Of a DNA stretch of 64,000 nucleotides, positions 1 to 12,904 are shown piece by piece. Made by a program: the position numbers and the translations under genes. The stretch comes from Anthoceros angustus (Eukaryota; Plantae; Anthocerotophyta), in NCBI GenBank assembly GCA_010909165.1, contig MU008165.1, positions 1,116,001 through 1,180,000 of the forward strand, in the 5' to 3' direction. How positions within the stretch are numbered: position 1 is the first letter of the stretch; each line of letters starts with the position of its first letter. The notes under the pieces are model-generated. The model was not told where the DNA came from, made no database searches, and saw only the letters and a program-made list of their open reading frames with translations.

Positions 1-675
1 GTCTCAAGGTAGTCCAAGCCTGGAACTTGTGAAAAACCTCGAGCGACTAGTCTTGCCTTATGCCTGTAAGGTACCATTAGCCTTAACTTTTAATTTGAAG
101 ACCCATTTGCATGAGACCATTTTTCTGCCAGGAGGTAATTTGGCCAACTCCCATGTGCCATTTTCGATTAAAGAATCATATTACATTAGTATGGGCATCT
201 TCCACTCCTTGTAAGAGTTTGCCTCAATGCCGCAAGCATAGGAATCAGGTTCTGGGTCGAGGCGATTGCGACATGCACCTTCATGCAAGCGGAGGAAGCT
301 ACGAAATCGAGAACCTTTGTAATGATGCAGGGGTGCGTCGTTCACGTGTAGGATAACGTCGAGCGAGGATGCAGCGAGTGGTTGTGCTCCAGTATTGTTT
401 TCTACCAGGCGGCTCCTTGGCCTCACGAATCGGATGGATCGGACTGAAAGAGTCGACAATATCTAAATTAAGATCAGCACCACCAGGATGTTGAGGATGT
501 GGGTCCTGCAAAACTGGTTGTTCATGCATAGCTAGCAGAGGAGCTTCCCTAACTCCTGCTTCCTGTATCTCACCAAGGGGCTATGTCGCAAAGGTAGAAT
601 CACGAGTAACACGGTGAGATCAAAATGTGAGACGTCAAGATCGTCCCCATCAATGCTAGGTCCCAGAATGGCCCG
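1..675 (-). mobile_element. Ty1/copia fragment (element A): integrase-RT linker and start of reverse transcriptase, cut at ~675 by the LTR of element B
   Basis: Minus-strand translation of 1-250 gives CKWVFKLKVKANG..HKARLVARGFSQVPGLDYLET, the canonical copia RT (RVT_2) N-terminus. Confidence 0.85.
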
Positions 676-874
676 TGAAATAGGTCACTATTAGGGCACT
701 CTTCACTAGGGCACCTAGAACTTAATGATTTATTTATTGGGCTAGGGCATTAAGTAGTTTTCTTCAGTTGGTTACTTAAGTGGTTATTTGTTACAACCAC
801 TAGGTGGTTACAACCACCTTTAGCCTTCTATATAAGGCATGTACTTTCTATCAAATGTAATGCAACACATATTG

Positions 875-3800
875 TATGGCATCGTCACGAAGGCGACTCC
901 AGAGCACAGGCGTGGAAAGTTGGGAAGTGGTTCCCCCTTGGATCTTGGGAACGGGCTCAAGTAGCTCGCGCCCCTATTCGAGCACGTGTTCAAATGTTGT
1001 TCCTGACTAGAGTTGGCTAACTATGGTTGGTTGCCCTAGGTTAGTCACTCGCTCTAACTAACCTCACTGCTCTAGCTTAGCCGCCTCGTGCTACGGCTAC
1101 CAAGTATGCCACCACGGCCCTCGGCGAGATCACTTGGCTCGGTCACGGTGTCTACCATAGCACGGCGATTGACTATGTCCTTCACGGAGCTTGCTCAATC
1201 CGTGACATCCTCCTCCTTCCTCTAGCTTTCCGAGGAGGACTTGGGTCCAATCCATCCGTTACGAACTTGGCCAAATGTTGGAAAGCGTCCACAAATGTTT
1301 GATTCCCAGCGGGTTCTTACGGGTTGTCACCTTCCCAACTCACGAATTCTCGGATGGTCCGTCCACGCAGGCTCGCTCCCTTGTGGCTAGGATGGTCATG
1401 GCCAAGATAAGGGCATCTCCCACTTTGAAATTCTTGCGCTTGAGAGGCTGCCCTTCATGCTTACTCCTCCTCCTCCTTCCTCTGAATGTCTTCTTTGGCG
1501 GTGGCTCTCCTTCTCTAAGGAGCTCGAACTCGGTGAACTACGCCTTCCTTCCCTCTCCTTGCTTGTTTTAGATGCCTCATCTAGAAAGCTGCATGATGGA
1601 AGGACTCCTACAAACTTCTTCAACAAGGAAACGTGGAAGGTCTTGCACATCTTCCAATGTCTTTGGCAGTCTAGTTGATAAGCTCTGGAGACCTTCTAAC
1701 AAAGAAATGGACCGACATACCTATAAGCAAGCTTGGCCTTACCTTCCCGCAGCTTGAGTACCTATTAGGCGCACTCACACTAGGTCGCCAACCTCGTGCC
1801 GTTCATCTCTTCGTTTCTTGTTGGCGTGCTTTGCTCTCGATCATTGATTGTTGCCATTCTCGACTTCTGGAAATCTTGACGCATGCTCTCATTATTTCGG
1901 TGATTGACCTTTGCGTCTCGCAACACCGGCCACATACCGGTGGTGGAATATTCTTTCCATATGTCGACGAAAGGCGAATACCCGCCAGAGTGACGGGCCG
2001 AGTTGTAAGCAAACTCGGCAAGTGGCGGCGCTTCTTCCCAATTCCTCGGCGGTCGTGGCGATGGGCAGCAAATCCTCCATCGTTTGGTTTTGCCTCACCG
2101 CGCCGATCGAGGATGGTAAGCCGAGCTCAAACACGCTTCATGCCCAAGCTTGCACAAAACTCCTTCCAAAAGCGAGGAACTTTGCATCTCTATCTGACAC
2201 AATTTCTTGTGGCACACCATGCAGGCGAACTATCTCCTTCAAGAACAAAGGCACTAGTTGCTTGGCTTTGATCGTGCCCTTGACGGGAATAAAGTGAGCA
2301 AGCTTGGTGTCTCTGTCTACACACACCCACACAGCGTCATGTCCTCTCTGCATTCTCGGCAAGCATGTCACAAAATCACAAGCCATGCTGGCCCACTTCT
2401 CTGCTGGCACCTCTTACGGCATTATAAGCAAGCCTGCTGGTGCTCTTCTCACTGCTTTGGACTGCTGACAAGGTAAGCACTCCTGCACATATTTGATGCA
2501 CTGCTTCTTCATGCCTTGCCACCAGACATGCTCCTTCAAGCGCTGATACGTCTTATCTATCCCCATGTGTCCTGCTGTTGGTGCATCATGGGCATCATGC
2601 AATAAGGAAAGCTTCAATTCCGAGCAACTCTCGGGTATGCATAACCTTCCTTCTTGAACAAACATCCTTGGTGGATCTTGTAGCGATCTCCCAATTCCGG
2701 CTGCCTTGAGAGACTGCTTCTCTGCGAAGATCCGCTCAAAGTAGCATCTTCAAGTAACAGCCGCACTTCTCTCCATAAATTTGATTCTAACTTGATGTCA
2801 TGTTGCTGCGTCACCTTAATGCATGAATCAAATTTGCTTTTCCCGGACTATAAGAAATAGTAACGTGGAAATCGGCAATTATCTCAACATCTTCTCTTCT
2901 GGGTTCAAGAGCTGCTTATAGAAGTGTTCCAAACTCCTATGATCTGTGAACACCGTGAATTCTCGAGCCATACAAGTAATGTCGCCAAGTCTTGAGCATA
3001 AATTCGCAAGCATCTCCTTGTCATGTGTCTTAATTCTTCTAAGACCTTGCTTTTCTCGATGAAAACTTACATTTCTCTTCTTGTTGCAGGCTCCCAAGGC
3101 ATAATCGATGCATCGAGTTCTCACTCGAAGGCTTTGTTGAGATCGAGCAAGGTCAAAATTGTGGTTGATGCTCTGACTCTCTTCAACTCTTCAAATGCTT
3201 GCTTTGCTCGACATGGGAACTTTGCATTCTTGCAGTCAAGTCATCAGCACGACAATCCTTGCAAACCCCGAATGAAGCTCTTCATTTGGACATCATAAAT
3301 TGTTGGAGCTCGATTAGGTCGGAGTTGCGGCGATCGAGATGAGCTTCACTTTTCTGGTCAACTTCCACTCCATCACCTGAAACCACAAACCCCAGGTAGT
3401 TCACTTTGTTCTTAAAGAATTCACACTTCTTTTGTCTAGCAAATAGCTGGTTTTCCCTTAGTGTGAACACTAACTCCAAGTGCTCCTTGTGCTCTTCTCT
3501 TTTTAGAGTAGACCAAGATGTAGTCCACAAATACCTCAACAAATTTCCCTAGATAGGGCCTCGAATCTTCATCATCAAGGTTGGGCGGCGATTTGTCATG
3601 CCAAAGGGCAGTGAATTGGTAGTGCATTGCCTTGTTCTGAAGGCGGACTTGTATTCATCTCCACGACGATTTGGTGAAAGCCGCTCAAGATCAACCTTGT
3701 CAAGACTCTAGCACCCAGAGGTTATCCAAAATCTCTTCTATCCTAGGCATTTGAAACCTATTCTTGATCGTGGATGCATTTAACCCCTATAGTCAATGCA

Positions 3801-6800
3801 CATTCTGATCTTACCGCTTCATGCTTGACTATGAGAACTGGAGCGATAAGGTGACACCGATTCCCCACTTCTTCTTAGCCCATCCACGCATTGAACCTCC
3901 ATGTTCTCTGAGCTAGCCTGTAAGGTGGCTCTACTTTTGCTCCTGCACCACGATGGCGTGGTCCACTTCTCTTCTTGGTGGCGCCCTTGCATTTACGAGA
4001 ATACATCGCAAACTTGGACAAAAGCTCAAACATCTCGTGGTGCCTCTCCTTCTCTAGCTTGCTTTTCATCCACTTGCTCTCCGACAAGAAAAGGACAAAG
4101 ATACTCTAGCTTTCCTTCCTGGATAGCTCTTCTAGCATTTCCGGATGAAAACAATTTGTCATGTGCGCCCAGTATCTCCAACTCTTGCCTTTCCAGCAAG
4201 CTCATCATGTGTCTCTAAAAGATATGTTTGGATCTACTCTCCAAAGCCAATTTGCCCAAGCAAAACCTTGAGCGTGTGTCGCCAATGACTTCTGCTTAAG
4301 GGTCATCCTTCTAATCTCTCGCCATTATCTCATGCACCATTTCTTCTCTAAGCACCTTATCCGTTGGATTTCTTCGGCATACATTGGCTTTCATCCCTAT
4401 TTCCATAATCGAGATGACAACGATATGAAGGTCTTTTCTACCGCCTTCTTCCAATGTAAGGTGAGCTTGGTATTGCCTCAAACACACCTTCTTACACCGG
4501 GCTTGTCCAAATTGCGAGTTGTCACGGTTGTCGATCCAAGGCTTGACTCCATAGTTCTCGACGTCCATTGCATTTTGCATTGCCTCTTCAACAGTGCGTT
4601 GCTTACCGAGCTTATACTCGCTTGATGGCATCGCGACGCGAGCTTTGCCTCCTGCTCCTAGGTCCGTATTTTGAGCATGGCCTTCATGAATTGCAAATGA
4701 AATTCTTCAAGTGTACCCGTGTGCTTGAGAGCGTACCACGCTGACCAACACCTTTCTTTGTGATCCTTAGGCAAGAAATTGTGAAGAAGCTCGCTTTCAT
4801 CACTTCCCATGACTGCGGCTTCTCCACGCTTCCCAGCCTCTTTCCTGTTCTCCCACCAGGCTCGCTAGATGGCTCGTGTAATGAGCTGCAAAATCCACCT
4901 TCTCCTTTTCTTGCATCGATCGCTTGAAATATGTGGTGAATGCTTGCGCCCACTCCGCAACTTACTCGGCTCCTATCTTGGCGGTGAGCACCTCGAACTT
5001 AGCTCTCTTTCTCGGATCGTCATTTCGAGTTGGCTCAGACCTTCATCGAATGACATCCCTTCTTTAGAAGCAAGGTCGGTGGATCGCTGGGCTTGAGCTC
5101 TCATGCCTTGCAATTTGCGTACCGGCTATCTCTGATTTTGGGATCCTCTGCTAGTCCTTGACTCAAAATTTTTCAATGTTGTTGGCGGGACTGTGTTGGT
5201 GACGGGAGTCCCAGCTGATGTGGGCAACTCGCTTGCAGAGGCAAGCCTTCCATCTCTATTATCATTCTCAGACTTGAACAGCTCCGATGTGCCTTGTCCA
5301 GAGGTGGGTCTCTGCATGACTTGTGCTAAAATGTTTCTCCAATTTCGCTCCTTCTCTTCATTCTGTGCAAGCAAATTTGCTAACAACTTCTCATGCTGTT
5401 CCTTTTGTTCTTGCGTCCGTCTGCGAGCGACCTCGGCTTCCATGCGTGCTTTGAATTGAGCAGGATCATCGCCTGCTCACCTCATCTCTAAGACATGCAA
5501 CTCTTCTTGGACTAAGCTGCATGTCCAGAAGCATCTCACGTAAGGCCTTCTCCCTTCGCATTTTGAGCCAAAATATCAGCCAAAAATTTTTCGTGCTTCT
5601 CTTGTCGATCTTGTAGGGTTCGTTGGATCATAGCCGAACTTGGCCTCAACACGGATCCGACCGCCTTGTTGAGCCCACGTCGCATCCAAATTCACAGCTC
5701 ACCTCGCTCCATGTGTAGGCATAGGCACGGATCGTGCACCACGCCCTCCTCCTCAACTACTTCTTTCCTTGCGGCTCGGCCTCGCTTCGACGAGTTGCCT
5801 TCCATCTTCACCGCAGCCGAGGACGGCGAGGACGGCCAATTTTCTTCTTAATGCCACCTCTAGCCGCCACCGACCACACCGCACCAAGCTCAACATCCGA
5901 GTAGGCCATATCGGCCATGGATCTCGCTCCGACGTGAGTCGAAACACCGCTATCCTCCATCGACCTCACGCACGTGATCCAAGCTAGAATATGCAGGGTT
6001 ATGCACCTTATCCCGTTGTAAAATTGCCACCCGTGCTCTCACACATGCACTGCTCGATGTTGGACTCTGTCACTTCCTACCAAGACTGATCGACCTTCAC
6101 ATCGATGTGGTCACTAGTGATCCACTCCAGATTGAAAGATCCAAGGTCACAATGAGGATATTTTGGCGACTTTCAGCTCACATGATAGCAATTTGCCCGT
6201 GCAGGATCGCATGACTCGCATCATTTCGCCGATCCAAACTGTCATTGATGTGCTAAAACTCAAGACAATGCAGTGCATGTCTCGAACTTGGTCAAGACGC
6301 GACTTGACAATCTCACTGCAACTTAGAATTCAGAGACAGCTCCACAAACTCTCACTTTTTCATGATCGCACGAGCTCTTCTGCTACAAGACCATCAGTGT
6401 CAATTGTATTTGAATCTCAAGTAAAGAACCACACACATATCAAGACAAGCGGTGCGAGCGACTCTTGGCATGATCGTGCCCACGTCGCAACTTGGTGGCC
6501 AATTTGTGCGACTTGACAATCTTCTTCAACTTAGAATTGCGAGAGATTTCGACCCGTCTTTGCTCACAAACTCTTCTTTCGGATCGCAATTGTAGCTCTT
6601 GGAATTGTGCTTGACTCAAGACTCAATTCACGCTCTTGCCCGCTTTTCTTGATTCACAAGACCCCTCAGAATTTCAAGTTCACCACACTTTCTTGAATGC
6701 AATCATTTCCTCGTCTCGTCTCGGACCTAATGTTCAAGATCGAGCTACTGCCTCGCCCGCTTCTCGCAAGACCGAGCTAGCAATTCTTGCAACACGACCT

Positions 6801-7790
6801 CATGCGATGTGACATGCTCTAGGTTTGGCGCTAAGACCTCAACTGGGACCCATGTCGCCTTTTTCGCTTTGGTAACAGACAAAGAACAAGACGCCCTGTT
6901 CTTGCATGCCTCGACTTTAGGAGTCTGTCACCGCCTTGTGCCCTGCCACACGACACAAAATGCCAACGTGAATCGAGTCGCTCATGGGTGCTCTCCGGCC
7001 ACTTATTGGCAGCCATTGAGCGTGCCTCCTGCATTTAGTGCCCGTAACTTCGCAATGTTGAATCGGCGTAGCTGTCAAGGGAACAAGGATCTCCCGATTT
7101 TCTCACTTCTCCTTTCGCCGAGTTCCTCTCATTCTTCATCTCGACGTTCCTCTTTCTCCCGCGATTGACTATTCATCCCTTCTTGCATCTTGCTCTATCT
7201 CCCTGCCTTCAAAGTCCACGGCTCCTTTCCCACACCTTCCGCCTCACAAACTCTTGTGCGCCTTCAAAATTTTCATGTGTTCTCCGCTAGATGTAGAGCC
7301 AATACAAGATGCGCATAATCTCGGTCCAAAGACCACACGACCCCAAAAGCTCCTCGCGGCCACTTCTCCCCACTCCTCGATGGTCCGCTGAGCTCCCATA
7401 CCGCTGCCTCCTAATCCACTCCAAGACGGCGCGACCGGAGTCATCCCATCGATCCGATCGTCCTCTGATACAAGATTAAGCGGCATCACGAGATGGCGAC
7501 TCGGACACCAAGAGCGGAAAGCTTCGTCTTGATCTTGGGAACGGCTCAAGCCCGCGCCTGCTCGAACACGTGTTCAAATGTTGTGCCTCGACTAGAGTTT
7601 GGCTAACTATGGTTAGTTGCCCGTTTGTAAGGTCACCACCTAACTAACTCAATCGCTTAGAGCCTCGTACATGCCATACCATGTATGCCGCCATGGCCCT
7701 GCCAGAGATCACTTGGCTCAAAGGTTCACTATAGCCTGGCGATTGACAATATGTCCTTCACTACCGAGCTTGCTCAATCCGGCCGCGACA
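875..7790 (-). mobile_element. Ty3/gypsy chromovirus LTR retrotransposon (gag-pol degenerate), nested in the LTR of copia B
   Basis: Direct-repeat LTRs ~875-1207 and ~7476-7790; TSD TATTG at 870-874 and 7791-7795; degenerate tRNA-Met PBS (rc of CTCTGATACA ~7463-7472); PPT at 1208-1222. Frameshifted pieces of gag, RT (VFVDYILVYSK), RNase H (FTVFTDHRSL), integrase zinc-binding region (HDAPTAGHMG..C..CQ) and core (VCVDRDTKLAHF, IVSDRD). Confidence 0.9.
1265..1400 (-). pseudogene. Chromodomain at the C-terminus of the gypsy integrase (frameshifted)
   Basis: Joining frames gives ILATRER.LRGRTIREF.VSWEGDNP....WES, resembling the chromodomain consensus IL..R.......EYLVKW.G......TWE. It lies just before the PPT. 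Confidence 0.55.
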
Positions 7791-7818
7791 TATTGTTTCG
7801 AGCTCGTATGATTCATCA

Positions 7819-7829
7819 TGGTATCGAGC
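7819..7829 (+). promoter_or_regulatory. Primer binding site (tRNA-iMet) of copia B
   Basis: TGGTATCGAGC (canonical TGGTATCAGAGC) immediately after the LTR end. Confidence 0.8.
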
Positions 7830-8010
7830 ACACTTGCTCTTTGTTTGCTTGTGCATCCTCATGCATCTAAGTAGCTTATCTAGGAGACACTTTCTAAACT
7901 AGCATTTGCCTAGATGGATTGTGTTTATCCTAGAATTGCTATCTTTGCATGCATTCTTTTATGCTAACATTTCTCTTCTAACAATGCTTTTATGCACTAA
8001 TTCTTCCTCC

Positions 8011-8560
8011 ATGGATTTGTGTTCCCTTAGAAGGAGAAGGCATAGAGTTAAGAAGAGAAGTAGTCAAGACAACAAGAACAAATTAGGAGCCCAACACATA
8101 GAAGCAATAGAAGACAACAAGCTATAGAGGGAGAGATAGAAGAAACCTCCTCTTGTATAGCAAACTTCATTGCATCTATTTTAATTTCTAAACCGGATCA
8201 AGGGAAGTTTATCAAGCTAGCTAGGCGTGATTTGCTAGAAGTTTTAGTCCAATTCACGCAAGGCATTAGAATTAGCTCCAACATATCCCAAATTTGAATG
8301 GTATTAGTACTCCTTTATCTTCTAGTCCGCAAGACAAAAATAGCATAGAAACTCTTAGATTTCAAGAAATTGATAGTCAATTAGCAACTCTTAGAATCCA
8401 ATCCTTTGATCTTAAGGAGAATTATCTGAATTAAGGACAAAATTGTCTATTCTCTCTAAGGTTGATAATGCGCAGAGATTTGAGAGCATGCTATCATCCG
8501 AATCGATTATGATGCAAGAGAAGAGTTTCGTGCAATAGAGAAGATGAGGTCACGCGAGGC
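8011..8560 (+). pseudogene. Extra ORF upstream of gag in copia B (basic N-terminus, coiled-coil-like C-terminus), frameshifted
   Basis: MDLCSLRRRRHRVKKR... and ...RFQEIDSQLATLRIQSFDLKE../SELRTKLSILSK; similar to the ORFs after the PBS of elements C and E. Confidence 0.45.
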
Positions 8561-8582
8561 CTAGTCCTCTAAATCACCTACA

Positions 8583-11500
8583 ATGGCTGGAGTGATCAAT
8601 GATGAAGAACAAACTGTTCCTAATTCCCCATTGGGTAATGATAATGCTAACACTTCATTGCATTATCATTATGGTGACAGCTTCAAAGAGAAAGACAGAT
8701 TCAATGGAAGGGATTATGACATCTGGTCATTGAGAATGCGAGGAGCTTTGCGGCAAAGAGACCTTTGGGGCATCGGATGGATCAATTCCAAGGCCACAGC
8801 CCGATTTGAACGTGAACTTCAACCTTCGGGACGCCAGGACGAGAAGGCACAAGATTTATTGGTCGGACTTTCTCAACATATGGTGAGACATGTCGCGCAC
8901 GCAAAGACCTCCAAGGATATGTGGACTCACCTTGCTCAATTATATTCATCTCGAGATGTAATGAGTATTGTTGCGCTTCACGTAACTTCCGCAACCTCTC
9001 AATGAAGGAGTCCGACACCATCGAACATCATGTTAATGCATTTCGATTGGCACGATCCCATTTGGAATCTTCAATCATGACCTATCTCGTAGAGATGGAG
9101 GCTTACGTCATTCTCTTATCTTCATTGCCACCTTCTTATAGGGCTTTCATTACAACTCAAAATGCGATTCGCAATGTCAAAAAGCAGATGAAGATCCAAA
9201 TGAAGAGCCGACATCGTGTTTCCGAACTTATTGGAGCATTGCTACAGGAGGAGGCAAGCAGACGTCACCATCACTCCAGAGCCAGCAAGCAGCAGGTGAT
9301 GTATTCACAAAGGGTAGAGGAAGAGGACGAGGCAGAGGCCGAGGTTCTACTTTCCAACGACCCCCATATCCTGCACATACTTTCCAAGATGGAGAGGCAT
9401 CTTCTTCAAGAGGTAACAAGAAGATCGGGATTATATGTAATTGGTGCGTAATCCCAAATCACATGGAAAAGGATTGTCGAAGAAGAAGAATGGGAACCTC
9501 AAGGAGGCCCCACCGGAGCTAACATTAAGAAACAATCTTCCTCAACTAGAAGGTTTCATCGGTGCTTGGCTTCTTCCAAGCCCTCCAATACCTCATGGTA
9601 CTTAGAGTGGAGCTACTTCACATATTTGTTACAATGAAACTCTTTTGAGTCTTACTCACGCCCACAGGACATCACATCCTCCTGGAGATGATCACAACCT
9701 ACCCATAGCGGGTGTCGGTTCAATTGTATTCAAGTGTGATTCGGTTCTTCATCTTCATCAAGTCCTCCATGTTCCTTCAATGTGCAAGAATCTAGTATCA
9801 CCGCAAGTCTTTGTCAAGAACACACTGCAGTGATCCTTTATGCATAGTTGTCTTCTCTTTCATAAGTGATAGAAACTATACAATCCAGCACTTTAGATGA
9901 TGGTCTCTATAGATTGTCGACAAGTGGGAGCCACCCATTCTCGCTAATGTTGCCATTCCAAACCCACACCTACCCAAACCATGCTTTGGCATTGTCGCCT
10001 TGGTCATCCTAATAGTCAAAATTAATCCAAATGTCTAAGGGAGCTTTATATAGAACCCTTGCCTTGCAAAGGTTGAACACCTACCTTGGTGCGAATCTTG
10101 TGTCCTCACTAAACGACATCAAGAGCCTTTCAAAATAAATCTCCACAAAGGGCCAAGTCACCTTTAGAGATAGTGCACATGACATTTGTGGACCCTTGTC
10201 TACACCTCCTTTAGTGGTAGTAGATATTTTTGACCTTCATGATGATTTCTCTCGCTTTGTCTTTTCCTACATCGAAAAACAAGAGTGATGCCTTTCACTT
10301 CTTCAAGGACTACATGAAATGAGAGACTTACGGATCACAAACTCAAGACCTTACTTCCGACAATGGTGGAGAGTTTACATCTATTTGAGGAGTTTTTGTC
10401 GAAGGTATAGCTCAACAACTTACGCTTGTCTACACTCCTCAACAAAATGGCGAGCCGAGAACAAGAATCTACGCCTTCAAGAGATCACAGGTTGCTTATT
10501 GGTACAAGCTAAGTTATCTAAGGCTTATTGGGCAGAGGCCCTCCTCACAGCAACCTATCTCATGAATCGATTGCCTACATCAGCTGTTCAAGGTATGACT
10601 CCATATAAAGCATTCATTGGCAAGAAGCCTTCTATTGACCACCTTCGAATTTTTGGATCCCGCATATGTTTTTATTCCCAAAGCATTGCGTAAGTTGGAT
10701 CCCAAAGCGTACACACTTTCATTGGCTACACCAAGGTATCAAAGGTACAAATTGTTCAACCCTTCTACAAGGCAACTTTTATACGCCCGAGTGTTACTTT
10801 TCATGAGTCTTACCTCTTTTCCCCGGGAGCTGATAGATTGGTCCTCCTCTTGATGAGACCATTGACCCTTCTTATTTTGATGATCTGATTATTTCACTCC
10901 ATTTCCCATTCACCTTCTCGTGTTCCTTTAGTTGAACCTATTATGCGGAGGAGGAGGAGTTAGCATCTATTCCACAACTACACTCAACTCAGACGAACGA
11001 TGTTGACATCCCAGAGGGCCTGACACTCATGATGATGAGTTTGATGACCCTACGGAGGATGACATTGTGGAGCAGATCCTCGTGCTGATCCCGCCTCGTG
11101 GATGATGCACTGCACAAAGGTACAACCTTAGATCCCGACCTACTATCTCGGTCCTGCAGTTGGAAGGAACCTCCTTTAGGATACCTAGCTGTTTTGATGA
11201 TCCTATACCCCTATATCACTTTATTCTCAAGCGTATACAAGGCAACTATAGACCCAAGAACCTCTTACCTTAAAACAAGCTTTCTCTTCTCACGAAAAGA
11301 CTTATGGAAGGTAGTCAGATTCGAATATAATTCCCTAGTTAATAACTCTACATGGGAATTGGTCAAGCCACCTAGGGGTAGGAAGATAGTAACCAGCAAA
11401 TGGGTATTCAAAATTAAAAGAAAAGGAGATGGTTCTATAGAAAGGTATAAAGCACGTCTAGTAGCCAGAGGCTTTACACAAATTCCTGGTCTAGATTACA

Positions 11501-11624
11501 TACCTTGGGCCACTTATGCCCCAGTAGCCAAATTTGCCACACTTCGAATGATATTTGCTTTATGTGCCCAACATGATCTTGAACTCCATATGATGGATGT
11601 TAAGACAACATATTTGTATGGGCG
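8583..11624 (+). pseudogene. Copia B gag-pol (gag, zinc knuckle, protease, integrase, RT N-terminus), frameshifted; continues at 34107-34270
   Basis: gag KEKDRFNGRDYDIW; CNWC...HMEKDC knuckle ~9435-9480; protease WYL.SGATSHIC ~9595; integrase YWAEALLTATYLMNRLPT; RT KWVFKIKRKGDGSIERYKARLVARGFTQ...MDVKTTYLYG. Confidence 0.9.
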
Positions 11625-11899
11625 AACAAGGTCTCCTTAGGACTGGTGACGGCTCCTGGTCACTAGTTGGAAGGGTGTACACCGGGTCGAAAGGTATACA
11701 AAAGCCACCCAAAACCATGTTTTCTGATTTCATTAAAAAAACCCCTAAACCTAGGAGCAAATCATAGAGGATCTGTTTTCCGTATTTGTATGTCCTCATC
11801 TCATATTAGTTTGGCTAACCAGTACATTGCCTATAAACGCGATTTGAAAATCGGGGCAATTTGTATGGACAACAAAAATACAAAAGCAGCGCAATGGAA

Positions 11900-12780
11900 A
11901 ATCCATATGTGTTGAGTCGGTGTCCACCGTCATGGTCACCCTCTACATTAGTGGGGAGGGTCGTGGTGGCACCGGGCGTTAAAACCTTGCATCTCACCCA
12001 ATGTCGGCGAGTGGAGGAAGATTTCGCCTACCGCTCATGTATACAGACACCGAGCGCGACCCCGTCTGCGAATCGTTTGGAAGTGGCTTGCCACGCCTCG
12101 AATATTGCATGCGATGGAGACCTCACCTCCCGACGGTGACTCAAACGAGAATTCCACATGGGCGATGGAAATTGGAAGTTGACTGGTGGCAATCACAACA
12201 TGGGCAGTTCCTTTCAAGCACGCTGGAGTGATCCGGCACCTTCATTGCTTGGTCCTTAAGGAATTTGGTTGAGGCGGGAGGTGGCGGTGCTTCGACAACA
12301 TTGCAGCGTGTTGATCAACACACGGATTCCACTCGGGGTTGGGCGGTGTGAATGGTGTGGAGGGCAAAGGAGCACGACATGTCCAGTGTACTTGCGGTGG
12401 TCAAGGATAAAATTGGAGAAAGTCATATTGCTACATGTGTGTGAGGCGGTGTTAGTGCACTATATGTGAAAAGTTGAACATCATTGTGTTTAGTTGGATT
12501 GTCACATGACATCCATTGTCATCTTCGTACATGCTTTTATCTCGTGGGTTTACAACATACATAGTCTTCCCTAGCGGAGATTAGGAAACGATTTGGCGAT
12601 TGTATTGATCACTGCATGCATGCGAATGGGCGCCGCGCTTCTTTGAAATCGGTCCGTTGTTTACGTGAAATCCATACCTTGCACGATGTGCGAACAGCGC
12701 CCATGATCTCGCTCATCAAACACCCGGCGGCAATCGAACACATTCTCGAATCGTCACCACTCCCATGCTTCCTAGCTTGC
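11900..12780 (-). pseudogene. Possible AlkB-family 2OG-Fe(II) dioxygenase remnant in transposon cargo
   Basis: Frame-joined pieces in AlkB order: GRCSHIVQG..APIRMHAVIN; QLNTMMFNF..YSALTPPHTH (12449-12435)..PILSLTTASTLDM; SVSVYMSG..EIFLHS....NA..TTL (~12050-11955). HxD reads HxH and the terminal Arg residues are not clean. Confidence 0.35.
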
Positions 12781-12904
12781 TCCACCAGACCGTGTTCGTT
12801 GTCTAGAGTGCTCCGGGGACCTTGCGCTGATGTGTTTGTTGTGTTCATAGCACCTTGCATGCACGTTCTACCACGTGCGAGATACCACCGGGCTCGGTGC
12901 CAGA

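Larger units (their letters stand above)
676..7818 (+). repeat. 5' LTR of Ty1/copia element B (~235 bp), split into 676-874 and 7791-7818 by the chromovirus insertion
   Basis: 676-874 plus 7796-7818 reconstitute the reverse complement of the intact LTR at 47732-47968. The LTR ends ...TCATCA and is followed directly by a PBS. Confidence 0.85.
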
